A stretch of 43,060 bases of DNA from a virus. Taxonomy: Duplodnaviria; Caudoviricetes. Where the stretch lies: positions 1 to 43,060 of the IMG/VR virus record IMGVR_UViG_3300027798_000079; one strand, given 5' to 3'. The translations under genes were made by a program, and so were the position numbers. The number at the start of each line of letters is the position of its first letter. Positions within the stretch are counted from its first letter, which is position 1. The notes below the pieces were generated by a model. It saw only the letters and a program-made list of their open reading frames with translations. It had not been told where the DNA came from and made no database searches. This document shows, piece by piece, positions 1-8,636 of the stretch.

Positions 1-146
1 TAGAAGCGGTGGCGATGGTGGAGTTCCAAGTAGTCGAGGAGAACACCTGACATTTTCTGCTCCAATTAAACAACCAACTTGGTGGGACGGAGAAAAAACG
101 GCAAACACTTTGACAAAATCAAAGGGAACGCAACGGATGCCTGATA
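1..146. repeat. Terminal direct repeat, left copy (circular overlap); lacks 6 bp present in the right copy
   Basis: 1-146 matches 42909-43060 except ...tcaaagg|gaacg here vs ...tcaaagg-ccaatg-gaacg at the right end. Confidence 0.95.
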
Positions 147-964
147 AAGATAATTTTGGCGCATTATTGCAACCCATTTATTGCGGAAGCAATCCAAATG
201 CTTCGGACACGGTCACATCGAAGTGGCAAAAGCAAAGTGGCGGTCCAGTTGGAAGTGAATGCGGTTTATTTGTGTTGCAACCAATCACCGCAATCCTGTT
301 TGAAAACCATCCCAATGACAGCCGAATCACTGGTCCGCACGATGTTGCGCCGAGTTGCGTTTCTCGATACGGGACTGGTGGTGGCAATGTGCCGCTCGTC
401 GTTCCTGCTGTTGCAATTCAAGGCTCAATGATTAATCGTCAGGATCACAACGGACCAAGCGGTTCAGGATGCTCAGATACTGGTGAAATGTATACGCTGA
501 CTAGCCAAGATACGCATGCCGTGGCGATAGTCAATATGCAAGGAAGCAAGTCAAACGCTTGCGTTTCTACGGATGGCTCGTCATACACGATCAACGGACA
601 CGATGTCCATGCTGTTACGGTTGCCCCAATTGGATGCTTTAAAAGCGGTCAAGGCGCAAAATCAAGAAGCATTGGATACAGCGAAACCGTATCGCCAACC
701 CTGCCAAGCAACGCAGGTGGAAATACTGCGCCATCGCTAGTTCAAACTATGCAAGTTCGCCGCCTGACTCCAACCGAATGCGAACGGCTGCAAGGATTCC
801 CCGATGGCTGGACAGCGATCCCTTGGAAGAAAAAGAACGCAGAGGACTGTCCTGATGGACCTCGCTACAAAGCCCTGGGAAATTCGATGGCAGTTAATTG
901 CATGGAATGGCTTGGAGAACGAATTCAAAAATTTGACCAATCCTCCCTATGTCAGTTGCCGTAA
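1..964 (+). CDS. C5-cytosine DNA methyltransferase, C-terminal part (multi-TRD variable region, motifs IX-X); continues from 42283 across the junction
   Basis: Frame open from position 2 (RSGGDGGVPSS...); ends with RRLTPTECERLQGFPD (motif IX) and RYKALGNSMAV (motif X). Confidence 0.93.
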   Translation, partial: RSGGDGGVPSSRGEHLTFSAPIKQPTWWDGEKTANTLTKSKGTQRMPDKDNFGALLQPIYCGSNPNASDTVTSKWQKQSGGPVGSECGLFVLQPITAILFENHPNDSRITGPHDVAPSCVSRYGTGGGNVPLVVPAVAIQGSMINRQDHNGPSGSGCSDTGEMYTLTSQDTHAVAIVNMQGSKSNACVSTDGSSYTINGHDVHAVTVAPIGCFKSGQGAKSRSIGYSETVSPTLPSNAGGNTAPSLVQTMQVRRLTPTECERLQGFPDGWTAIPWKKKNAEDCPDGPRYKALGNSMAVNCMEWLGERIQKFDQSSLCQLP

Positions 965-1038
965 AGAGAAACGGGTCTCGAAGCAACATTTTCCAAATCG
1001 ACGCGCAGGTGCTGGGCAAAGTCAAAAAGCCCAATTAG

Positions 1039-1121
1039 CGCAGATCGATTCTGAAGCGTTCTAAATTTGGACTGACGGTAGGACTCCCGAAGCAAAAAAA
1101 CGCTCCACAGTCGATCCTGCG
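1039..1121. repeat. Imperfect intergenic inverted repeat (22-23 bp arms)
   Basis: cgcagatcgattctgaagcgtt (1039-1060) pairs with aacgctccacagtcgatcctgcg (1099-1121). Confidence 0.7.
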
Positions 1122-1158
1122 AGACACGATTGCCAGCGTGAACGATGAGAGCAGGAAT

Positions 1159-1180
1159 AAAAAAAGCCCCTTGACGGGGC
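1159..1180 (-). terminator. Rho-independent terminator of the leftward early gene cluster
   Basis: Minus strand gcccc-gtcaa-ggggc-ttttttt just after the stop at 1186. Confidence 0.8.
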
Positions 1181-1185
1181 AGGAA

Positions 1186-1419
1186 TCATTGTGGTGCAGA
1201 CACCACATACAAACCCATATTTTTTTTCTTGAGTGTCCTCCCGTGATGATCAGCCCACCGCTTCAACTCTGAAAACGATTCGGGAAACCGATCTCTGGGA
1301 TGCAGGATGCTTGACCGAACATCCACCCAATGACCGATGCCTTCGCCCTCCAGCCCTGCAAAGAATCCGAACTGTTTTCGAGCAGGAAGCCACAACGCAT
1401 AAGTGATGATCTTTTTCAT
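1186..1419 (-). CDS. Hypothetical early protein (77 aa, Trp-rich)
   Basis: Start trimmed to MKKIITY with GGAGGAGG RBS; overlaps the stop of the upstream gene. Confidence 0.7.
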   Translation of the reverse strand: MKKIITYALWLPARKQFGFFAGLEGEGIGHWVDVRSSILHPRDRFPESFSELKRWADHHGRTLKKKNMGLYVVSAPQ

Positions 1420-1643
1420 TGTGCCTCCTCCTGCCAAATTGAATTGTCGGAAGTGTCCCAATGCACGATGTCCGTGCGAAGCATAGGAGTCTTGCGCTGA
1501 CAGTCTGCTCTGTCCTCACGATGCCAATCGCAGAGCGTCTCGATCTCTTGCAAGGCTTGCGGGATCGTCATCACGATTCCATCCTTGCGATGTTCAAGAA
1601 CCATTCGCATTGCCAATGTTTCCGCAGTAAGTTTCTTGGTCAT
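1416..1643 (-). CDS. Hypothetical early protein (75 aa)
   Basis: Translationally coupled chain of minus-strand ORFs. Confidence 0.7.
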   Translation of the reverse strand: MTKKLTAETLAMRMVLEHRKDGIVMTIPQALQEIETLCDWHREDRADCQRKTPMLRTDIVHWDTSDNSIWQEEAQ

Positions 1644-1873
1644 TTGGATTCCTCAATGCGGACAATGTTCATTGCCCAAGGTTCAGGCGTGTAGTAGACA
1701 TTGCGACCATCGGCGAGAGTCCCGATGTAATGATTGTCGTTTGTCAGATTCTCATCGCAGTCGATGTAGTTGGGTAAGCAGTCGATCCAATTGCCACCGA
1801 GCGCATCTGCTTTCGCAAACGCTCTAGTGACATCGATAATGATCTGCGAGTCTGTTGGAATTTTGGTTTTCAA
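1640..1873 (-). CDS. Hypothetical early protein (~77 aa)
   Basis: Probable TTG start (LKTKIP) with AAGAGG RBS; couples to both neighbours. Confidence 0.6.
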   Translation of the reverse strand: MKTKIPTDSQIIIDVTRAFAKADALGGNWIDCLPNYIDCDENLTNDNHYIGTLADGRNVYYTPEPWAMNIVRIEESK

Positions 1874-2214
1874 AGCGCACCTCTTTTTGATGCAACATAA
1901 ACCTGAATCCAATCGCCACCGACAAATTTTCTATTCACAAGTGGCACTGACAATAGACCAAGACTTTCCTGCCTCTTTGCGTCCAAGATAACTTCGTACC
2001 AACCACTACCTACATGGATTACTCCGCTGTCGTATCGCATTATGTGCTGATCCGCTTGTTCCTTTGTAAGGTTAAGACCGTGTGTGGTCAAAAGATTTTG
2101 GAAACCCTCTGGGGATGTGCGAACTGCCACATCGACCATTCGCATAATCAAAGCACACTTGTGCGAATAGATCGCAAGGGTTTGCATTTCAAAAGTTGTG
2201 TCTGTAGTTGTCAT
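1870..2214 (-). CDS. Hypothetical early protein (114 aa)
   Basis: ORF with AGAAAGG RBS. Confidence 0.7.
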   Translation of the reverse strand: MTTTDTTFEMQTLAIYSHKCALIMRMVDVAVRTSPEGFQNLLTTHGLNLTKEQADQHIMRYDSGVIHVGSGWYEVILDAKRQESLGLLSVPLVNRKFVGGDWIQVYVASKRGAL

Positions 2215-2232
2215 TTGTATTGCCTTTCTTTT

Positions 2233-2514
2233 TTAGGATTGAATGAACACAGTTGAGTCTTCAAGTTCTGCGACCACATCGCAGTTGGAATAATTTTCGA
2301 GTTCGTCGGTGTCGGAATTCTCGACTTCGACATACTCACAGCAGATGCCGACTACATCGAGTTCAATTTCTGAACCCTCGTCAGCAGGGACATCGCCTTC
2401 TGCTTCGGTGATGTAGTTGAAGATGGCTACGAGAGCCTCACGAGAGAATTGATCCGCTCTCGATGAGGTGCGGAATTCTTCCAAGAAAATTTGTTCGGTC
2501 ACGGTGATTTTCAT
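2233..2514 (-). CDS. Highly acidic early protein (93 aa), candidate DNA mimic
   Basis: Start MKITVTEQ with AGAAAGG RBS; about 24 D/E vs 4 K/R; FS.EAL.A.F.Y...ELDVVGICCEY motif. Confidence 0.75.
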   Translation of the reverse strand: MKITVTEQIFLEEFRTSSRADQFSREALVAIFNYITEAEGDVPADEGSEIELDVVGICCEYVEVENSDTDELENYSNCDVVAELEDSTVFIQS

Positions 2515-2606
2515 TTGATGCCTTTCTTTATGTGTGTCGAAACCTGCGGAGTTGCAGACTCTTCCCCCCTTGGCAGGGGAGTCGAGTGCGGAACTACACG
2601 ATTGAA

Positions 2607-2843
2607 TCATTTACTTCCATCACCTCTGCGCCATAATGCGCCGTCACGGTAGCAAGCGTTCAATTCCAATTCGATCACGATGATGTCGTCTGCGAATTCC
2701 AAAAACCAATCTCGTTTGATTCTGTAGTAGGTTGCGTGTTCCCTCAACCCGTGAATAAGGGACTTTTTCGCTTGCGCTTCGGTTCGACCGTATGCAGAGA
2801 ATGAGAAATTTGGCGATTCAAGTTGTGCGTTGAATATGTTCAT
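2607..2843 (-). CDS. Hypothetical early protein (78 aa)
   Basis: Start MNIFNAQ with AAGGAG RBS, coupled to the upstream stop. Confidence 0.7.
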   Translation of the reverse strand: MNIFNAQLESPNFSFSAYGRTEAQAKKSLIHGLREHATYYRIKRDWFLEFADDIIVIELELNACYRDGALWRRGDGSK

Positions 2844-3121
2844 TTGAACTCCTTGTAGAGAAATCGTGCGAGGACAACTGTTGAATTGTTTTCTTCCTTC
2901 CAACCCATCGAAGCCCAATCGCCAAATTCAGCGATGAAGTCGGAAACCCGATCCTGAACGGTGATGTCGATGCAGTCCACATCTTCAAAAAATTCTTCTG
3001 TGGACATTTGTTGCGAGAGAATCGAATGAGCAAAGCCCATCCATTTTTCTTCAATGACCGCTCTGTCAAACTCTCGTTGTCGTGCGACGATGCGTGTGGA
3101 ATTATTGTGTTGCTTTTTCAT
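2840..3121 (-). CDS. Hypothetical early protein (93 aa), first gene of the leftward cluster
   Basis: Start MKKQHNN with AAAGG RBS, downstream of a promoter-like site. Confidence 0.65.
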   Translation of the reverse strand: MKKQHNNSTRIVARQREFDRAVIEEKWMGFAHSILSQQMSTEEFFEDVDCIDITVQDRVSDFIAEFGDWASMGWKEENNSTVVLARFLYKEFK

Positions 3122-3184
3122 ATGTGTTGCCTTTGTGTTCTCGATTCTGCCTTTTAGGCTTGTGTGAATTTCGTACCTGTGTGA

Positions 3185-3212
3185 AGCATACAAGGTAATC
3201 GACTGTATGCAA
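3185..3212 (-). promoter_or_regulatory. Probable sigma70-type leftward promoter
   Basis: TTGCAT-N16-TATGCT on the minus strand. Confidence 0.5.
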
Positions 3213-3279
3213 GAGTATTCTTTGGTATTTATCAAGATTTATCGGAAATGCCTATTTTTATAGATATTATTTTTTGCTA

Positions 3280-3307
3280 TTGACATCGATTTTGGGGTGA
3301 TTAAAGT
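3280..3307 (+). promoter_or_regulatory. sigma70-type rightward promoter, probably giving a leaderless mRNA
   Basis: TTGACA-N16-TAAAGT with AT-rich upstream element; ATG (3314) follows the -10 box after a 6-nt gap. Confidence 0.65.
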
Positions 3308-3313
3308 GATTGA

Positions 3314-3544
3314 ATGACCGTCATAGGAATGAATGAGAATGGATATCGAATCGGAATGTCTCATCAAAATTGCACTATTTCACAGGAAATCGTGGACAAA
3401 ATGAGAGATATGCACGAGGATGAAATGGTTGGATATCGCCGTCTTTCTGCGATATTTGGTATCAGAAGGTCAACAGTTCAGAAGATTTGCAAGTACTACA
3501 TTCGAGCGCAAACACCGAGTAAATGGAGGAGAATCAATGGCTAG
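3314..3544 (+). CDS. Small helix-turn-helix DNA-binding protein
   Basis: VGYRRLSAIFGIRRSTVQKIC HTH pattern; immediately upstream of the terminase genes. Confidence 0.7.
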   Translation: MTVIGMNENGYRIGMSHQNCTISQEIVDKMRDMHEDEMVGYRRLSAIFGIRRSTVQKICKYYIRAQTPSKWRRING

Positions 3545-4016
3545 AGTCACAAGACCGTCGAAGGAAAATGCACCAAAAAGTGCAGGAAGACCGACGAAAT
3601 ACAATGCGAAAATTGCCGATGAGATTTGCGAAAGATTGGCACTTGGGCAGTCTTTACGGGAGATTTGCAGAGATCCAAAAATGGTCGGAATGGCGACTGT
3701 GATGAGATGGATAAGAGAAGATCGAGAAGATTTCGACATCAAGTACACACGGGCGAGGGAACTACAAGCGCATACTTGGGTGGATCAAATGAAGGATTTA
3801 GCCACGAGTTTGCCTGAAAAAAATCCGCTGACAGGATCGTATGACAGCGCAAGCGTGAACCATATTCGCAACCAAGTAATGACCTTGCAATGGCTAGCAA
3901 TGAAACTAAACAGCAAGCGATACGGCGATCAGGCTCGACTGTCTCACGATGTTGCAGGTGGTCTAAATCTGCGCGTAATCACGGGCGTTCCTGATGCCAG
4001 CGACGAAACAAACTGA
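3537..4016 (+). CDS. terS: Terminase small subunit
   Basis: GRPTKY...ICERLALGQSLREIC...YTRARE pattern (Sf6 gp1-like); GGAGGAG RBS; directly before TerL. Confidence 0.85.
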   Translation: MARVTRPSKENAPKSAGRPTKYNAKIADEICERLALGQSLREICRDPKMVGMATVMRWIREDREDFDIKYTRARELQAHTWVDQMKDLATSLPEKNPLTGSYDSASVNHIRNQVMTLQWLAMKLNSKRYGDQARLSHDVAGGLNLRVITGVPDASDETN

Positions 4017-5340
4017 CATAGAAATAAAGTATTCGCCTCGACCGTGGCAGAAGAAATGTCATAGGAAATTGAAGCGATTCACTGTGCTTGCACTACATCG
4101 CCGTGCAGGAAAAACAGAACTTGCGTTGATGCAATTGATCAATTCCGCATTGAAATTCGACAAGGATCAAGGCTTCTTTTGCTACATTGCGCCGTTCCTT
4201 TCACAGTCGAAATCGATTGCTTGGGCGAGGCTGAAATTAAAACTTGAACCGCTTCGATTGTTGGATGCGATCATCATCAATGAATCAGAATTGTCGATCA
4301 AATTCAAGCACAATTTGAGCATGATTCGCTTGTTCGGTGCTGACAATCCTAATGCTCTCCGAGGGCTTAGAATAGATGGGGTGGTATGTGACGAGGTTGC
4401 ACAGTTTCGACCTCAAATATGGACAGATGTGCTTCAACCTGCCACCTCTGATCGTCACGGCTGGGCAGTATTCATTGGAACACCCAATGGCGTAAATCTA
4501 TTCAGCGAACTGTTCCAAAAATCGTTGACGCTGGACGATTGGTACGGCGCAAAATATACGGTTTATGACACGAATTCACTTGATTCTAAGGAAGTGGATC
4601 GATTGAAAAGGGATATGTCCGAGGTCGCATTTGCCCGTGAATATCTGTGCGACTTCGATGCATCCGCTGAAGATCAATTGATCAGTTTGTCCGATGCGAT
4701 CACAGCGAGTCGGCGTGAATATGTCGATAAAGATATTGAATCTGCGCCTCGAATACTTGGCGTTGATCCTGCTCGATTCGGCGATGATCGAAGCGTCATC
4801 TGCAAGCGTCAAGGTCTCGTCTGCTTCGAGCCGTTGATCTACAGGGGCATCGACAATATGGATCTAGCAGGTCGAGTCGCAAGCGTCATCGAATCGTGGC
4901 AGCCAGATGCCGTGTTCGTCGATGCGGGGGCAGGGAGCGGAGTCATCGACCGACTGCGACAACTCGACTATGACCCCATCGAAGTCCCTTTCGGCGGGAA
5001 GGCGGTGATGGACAAACAGTTCGCCAATCGGCGCATGGAAATGTGGTGGCTCATGCGTGAATGGATCGAAGGGGGGGGTGCCATCCCCGATTGCGCGAAC
5101 TTGAAGCAGGAACTCGCCACACCTATTTTTTGGTATGACGCAAGTGGGAGAAAAGTTTTGGAGTCTAAGGATGACATTAAGAAGCGTTTGCAAGGCGGTG
5201 GAAGCCCTGACATCGCAGATGCTTTGTGCCTGACCTTTGCGTACCCAGTTTCAAAGCGTGTGCCATATGACATTGCGACTCGTTTGAGGAAGAGGATTCA
5301 TCACGAGTACGACCCATACGCTCCTGAGTTTCAGAAATGA
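3994..5340 (+). CDS. terL: Terminase large subunit
   Basis: HRRAGKT Walker A, VVCDE Walker B, GTP coupling motif, GVDPARFGDD nuclease motif, SPDIADAL. Confidence 0.95.
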   Translation: MPATKQTDIEIKYSPRPWQKKCHRKLKRFTVLALHRRAGKTELALMQLINSALKFDKDQGFFCYIAPFLSQSKSIAWARLKLKLEPLRLLDAIIINESELSIKFKHNLSMIRLFGADNPNALRGLRIDGVVCDEVAQFRPQIWTDVLQPATSDRHGWAVFIGTPNGVNLFSELFQKSLTLDDWYGAKYTVYDTNSLDSKEVDRLKRDMSEVAFAREYLCDFDASAEDQLISLSDAITASRREYVDKDIESAPRILGVDPARFGDDRSVICKRQGLVCFEPLIYRGIDNMDLAGRVASVIESWQPDAVFVDAGAGSGVIDRLRQLDYDPIEVPFGGKAVMDKQFANRRMEMWWLMREWIEGGGAIPDCANLKQELATPIFWYDASGRKVLESKDDIKKRLQGGGSPDIADALCLTFAYPVSKRVPYDIATRLRKRIHHEYDPYAPEFQK

Positions 5341-5349
5341 TTGTAAATA

Positions 5350-5381
5350 GGTACCCGTAACTCTTGTGTTCGGAATAATTT
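5350..5381 (+). promoter_or_regulatory. Phage late-promoter motif, copy 1
   Basis: GGTACCCGT-N17-TAATTT; same spacing as the copies at 8251 and 25692; all intergenic. Confidence 0.7.
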
Positions 5382-5400
5382 TTCAGCATTGGAAACATGT

Positions 5401-5871
5401 ATGACTGAAGTAAGACGCATTACTTTTTCTGAAATATCAACTGATGAATTTGATCAAATTGTTGATATGGCAAAAAGGTTTCTTGCGTTTGCCCCTCACG
5501 GTTCTTTGATTAAAAACACGACAGAAGACCTTGTAAATACTGTGAAATTGTTGTTGGAATCTGGGGTTATTTTTGTTATTGATGTTGGAGGTAAGGCTGT
5601 TGGAATCTTGGCTGCGATGATGACAAATGTTTGGTATTCGCCTTCGACAAAGATGGCGCACGAGATGATGTGGTGGGTAAATGAAGAGAATCGAGGCACA
5701 ATTGCTTCAATTAAGTTGATTAAGGCTTACGAGAATTGGGCAAAAGAAAATGGCGCAGATTTGATTGCGATGTGCGATTTGGTGATTGAAGGACAGGAAC
5801 CAGTTGGTACGACATTGAACAGGCTTGGCTACGAAATGAGTGAACGAACATACATCAAAGGAGCGAAGTAA
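5401..5871 (+). CDS. GNAT-family acetyltransferase
   Basis: WWVNEENRGT...LIKAYENWAKENGA...RLGY pattern; alternative TTG start at 5389. Confidence 0.8.
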   Translation: MTEVRRITFSEISTDEFDQIVDMAKRFLAFAPHGSLIKNTTEDLVNTVKLLLESGVIFVIDVGGKAVGILAAMMTNVWYSPSTKMAHEMMWWVNEENRGTIASIKLIKAYENWAKENGADLIAMCDLVIEGQEPVGTTLNRLGYEMSERTYIKGAK

Positions 5872-6260
5872 TGCCATTGTTTACAAGTATTGGACTTGCT
5901 GTTGGTGCATCTGCCGCTACTGCTGCTGCTACAGGTGCGGCAGTTGTAGGAGCCGCCGCCGCTGCCGCAGGTGCTGGCTACACAATCTCTGCTGGCGAAG
6001 ATGCCAAGAAGAAACAAGCATCGGCATTGTCAAAGCAAGAATCAGCGCAGAAGCAAGCAGTGAATGCGGCTCAGGGTCAGCGCAAGCAAAGCGAGATGGC
6101 AATTAATCAGGCGAACAGACAGCAACCGAACATTGCAGGGATTATGGAATCTGCCTCGGCTGCATCGAGTGGTGGTCCCTCTGGAACTATGTTGACTGGT
6201 CCGACTGGCGTTGACCCGAATTCTCTTGCACTTGGCAAGTCATCTCTACTTGGAAGTTAA
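5871..6260 (+). CDS. Ala/Gly-rich virion protein preceding the portal
   Basis: C-terminal TMLTGPTGV...LGKSSLLG typical of podovirus pre-portal proteins. Confidence 0.7.
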   Translation: MPLFTSIGLAVGASAATAAATGAAVVGAAAAAAGAGYTISAGEDAKKKQASALSKQESAQKQAVNAAQGQRKQSEMAINQANRQQPNIAGIMESASAASSGGPSGTMLTGPTGVDPNSLALGKSSLLGS

Positions 6261-7975
6261 TGCAGTATTCACCCGACAATCAGTCTTACAAGGGCGCACC
6301 AAAAAGGGAGCAATTGCTTACCCGTCTTGGTCACTTGAAGTCTGAACGAGCGAGTTGGATTGCACATTGGCAGGAGATTACTTCTTACATTTTGCCTCGC
6401 AACGGTCGATATTTTCAGCAGGACAGGAATCGTGGGTATCGCCGTCACAACAACATTTACGACAATACTGGTACTCGCGCCTTGCGAACTCTTGGCGCTG
6501 GCATGATGGCTGGTGCGACTTCTCCTGCCCGTCAGTGGTTTCGTCTAGGGACTGGGGATCCTGATTTGAATGCATTTTCTCCAGTGAAGTTGTGGCTGGA
6601 CACGGTGACGAAGAGGATGCAATCTGTTTTTCAGCAGTCAAACACCTACAGGTCTTTGCATCAGATGTATGAGGAACTGGGAGCGTTCGGTACGGCTGTC
6701 AGTATTGTGTTGCCCGACTTTAAGAATGTCATTCACCATTATCCTGTGACTGTTGGCGAATACTGCATTGCGTCTGACTATCAGGGAATGGTTTGCACTT
6801 TGTACCGAGAGTTTGACAAGACGGTTGCCGAACTCGTTAAGGAATTTGGTTACAAGAATTGCTCTCATTCTGTCAGGAATCTGTATGACCGAGGCAGTTT
6901 GGATCAGTGGGTACCGATTATTCATGCGATTGAGCCTCGTGAGGACAGGGATTCGTCGAAGAAGGATGCGAAGAACATGCCTTTTCGCAGTTGTTACTTT
7001 GAGGTTGGTGGAGATGACGGAAAGTATCTGCGAGAGGGTGGATACAAGCACTTTCCAGTGATGTGTCCGCGCTGGAGCGTTGTCGGCGGCGACATTTACG
7101 GCAATTCCCCTGGTATGGAGGCTCTTGGCGACATCAAGCAGTTGCAGCATGAGCAGTTGCGTAAGGCTCAGGTCATTGATTACCAGACAAAGCCACCTCT
7201 TCAGGTGCCAAACTCGATGAAGAACCGAGATGTTGAGAGTTTGCCTGGCGGTATCACCTTTGTTGACGGTGGCAGCCAGGGTATTAAGACGGCGTTCGAG
7301 GTGAATTTGAATTTACAGCACCTTCTCGGAGACATTCAAGATGTCCGTGAGCGTGTTCGTGGGTCTTTTTATGCTGACTTGTTCATGATGTTAGCAAATG
7401 CGACTGATACGCGTATGACTGCAACAGAGGTTGCTGAACGACACGAAGAAAAGTTGTTGATGCTTGGTCCCGTGATCGAGCGCCTCCACAACGAATTACT
7501 TGATCCACTTATCGACATTACATTTCAGCACATGGTTCAGGCTGGAATTGTTCCGCCAGCGCCACCAGAGTTGCAGGGCATGGAGTTGGAAGTTGAGTTT
7601 GTTTCGATGTTGGCACAGGCTCAACGGGCAATTGGGACAAATAGCGTTGATCGGTTTGTGGGCAACCTTGGCGCAATTGCTCGGATGAAGCCTGATGTGC
7701 TAGACAAGTTTGATTCTGACAAGTGGGCAGACTCATATTCCGACATGCTTGGCGTTGATCCCAATTTGATTGTGGCTGGCAAGCAAGTTGCGATGATTCG
7801 AGACGCTCGAAACAAGGCAATGGCTGCGAAAGAGCAGACTGCGATGATGGAACAACAGTCGGCAACTGCAAAGAATTTGGCGCAATCACCAACAGGAAGC
7901 GGTCAACAGAACGCGTTAATGGATGTAATGAACCAATTTAGTGGGTATTCAAACCCTTCACCAAGTCAAGTTTAA
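6260..7975 (+). CDS. Portal (head-tail connector), T7/BPP-1 type
   Basis: 571 aa; PRW...YGNSPGMEALGD and MTATEVAERHEEKLLMLGPV motifs. Confidence 0.93.
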   Translation: MQYSPDNQSYKGAPKREQLLTRLGHLKSERASWIAHWQEITSYILPRNGRYFQQDRNRGYRRHNNIYDNTGTRALRTLGAGMMAGATSPARQWFRLGTGDPDLNAFSPVKLWLDTVTKRMQSVFQQSNTYRSLHQMYEELGAFGTAVSIVLPDFKNVIHHYPVTVGEYCIASDYQGMVCTLYREFDKTVAELVKEFGYKNCSHSVRNLYDRGSLDQWVPIIHAIEPREDRDSSKKDAKNMPFRSCYFEVGGDDGKYLREGGYKHFPVMCPRWSVVGGDIYGNSPGMEALGDIKQLQHEQLRKAQVIDYQTKPPLQVPNSMKNRDVESLPGGITFVDGGSQGIKTAFEVNLNLQHLLGDIQDVRERVRGSFYADLFMMLANATDTRMTATEVAERHEEKLLMLGPVIERLHNELLDPLIDITFQHMVQAGIVPPAPPELQGMELEVEFVSMLAQAQRAIGTNSVDRFVGNLGAIARMKPDVLDKFDSDKWADSYSDMLGVDPNLIVAGKQVAMIRDARNKAMAAKEQTAMMEQQSATAKNLAQSPTGSGQQNALMDVMNQFSGYSNPSPSQV

Positions 7976-7985
7976 GGAGTAAACA

Positions 7986-8249
7986 ATGGCAATCCCAACA
8001 ACATTATCAATTGCGACTACACCAAACAGTTTTGAATATGCGGCGGCAATCACGACAAGTAATACCGTTGACTTAACTGGCGTTACTCGCGCAGTATATG
8101 TTGGCGGTGCAGGAAATATTACGGCGGTCATGTCTAATGGCGATGTTGTTTTGTTTACTGCGGTACCTCTTGGAACTGTGCTTCCAATTCGATGCACACG
8201 CATTAACGCAACTGCAACAACTGCTACTGCGCTAGTCGCAATGTATTGA
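7986..8249 (+). CDS. Head spike base protein, RcGTA Rcc01079-like
   Basis: AAAITTSNTVDL..VTRAVYVGGAGNI...LPIRCTRINATATTAT pattern. Confidence 0.75.
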   Translation: MAIPTTLSIATTPNSFEYAAAITTSNTVDLTGVTRAVYVGGAGNITAVMSNGDVVLFTAVPLGTVLPIRCTRINATATTATALVAMY

Positions 8250-8250
8250 C

Positions 8251-8282
8251 GGTACCCGTGCTTTACAGACAATGATTAAATT
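8251..8282 (+). promoter_or_regulatory. Phage late-promoter motif, copy 2
   Basis: GGTACCCGT-N17-TAAATT; GTG start at 8289 after a 6-nt gap with no RBS. Confidence 0.7.
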
Positions 8283-8288
8283 TTAAAA

Positions 8289-8636
8289 GTGAGTAACTAC
8301 GATCCGCTAGACATTCGAGGTCAAGAGCAAACGAAGGAAAATAAAGACCTTCGAGAAAAACTAAATAGGCAGAATGAAGAATCAGATCTGAAATGGCTGA
8401 TGAGTAACAAGAAAGGTCGAAGGATCGTATGGAGGATGTTGGATCAGGCAGGAGTTTTTAGGCTTAGTTTCAGTCAGAATTCAATGCAGATGGCATTTAA
8501 CGAAGGAAACAGAAACAGCGGACTAAGAACAATTTCGATGATTCACCAGACTTGCTCAGACTTGTATCAGGTAATGCTAAAGGAACAAAATGACACAAAC
8601 AGAATCATTGATGACAACACCAGCACCAACCAATAA
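8289..8636 (+). CDS. Bbp19-like phage protein
   Basis: DLKWLMSNKKGRRIVWRML...MAFNEGNRNSG motif; lies between portal and scaffold. Confidence 0.8.
   Translation: MSNYDPLDIRGQEQTKENKDLREKLNRQNEESDLKWLMSNKKGRRIVWRMLDQAGVFRLSFSQNSMQMAFNEGNRNSGLRTISMIHQTCSDLYQVMLKEQNDTNRIIDDNTSTNQ

Noticed and set aside
1-146. True T7-like terminal repeats of the virion DNA
   Set aside because: The repeat falls mid-gene and its length fits an assembly overlap; physical ends cannot be inferred
110-964. Stand-alone 284-aa gene starting at 110
   Set aside because: It is the tail of the MTase beginning at 42283, split by linearisation
804-1064. ORF containing NPPY (amino-MTase motif IV)
   Set aside because: Short shadow ORF overlapping the C5 MTase end, with no SAM-binding motif; likely chance
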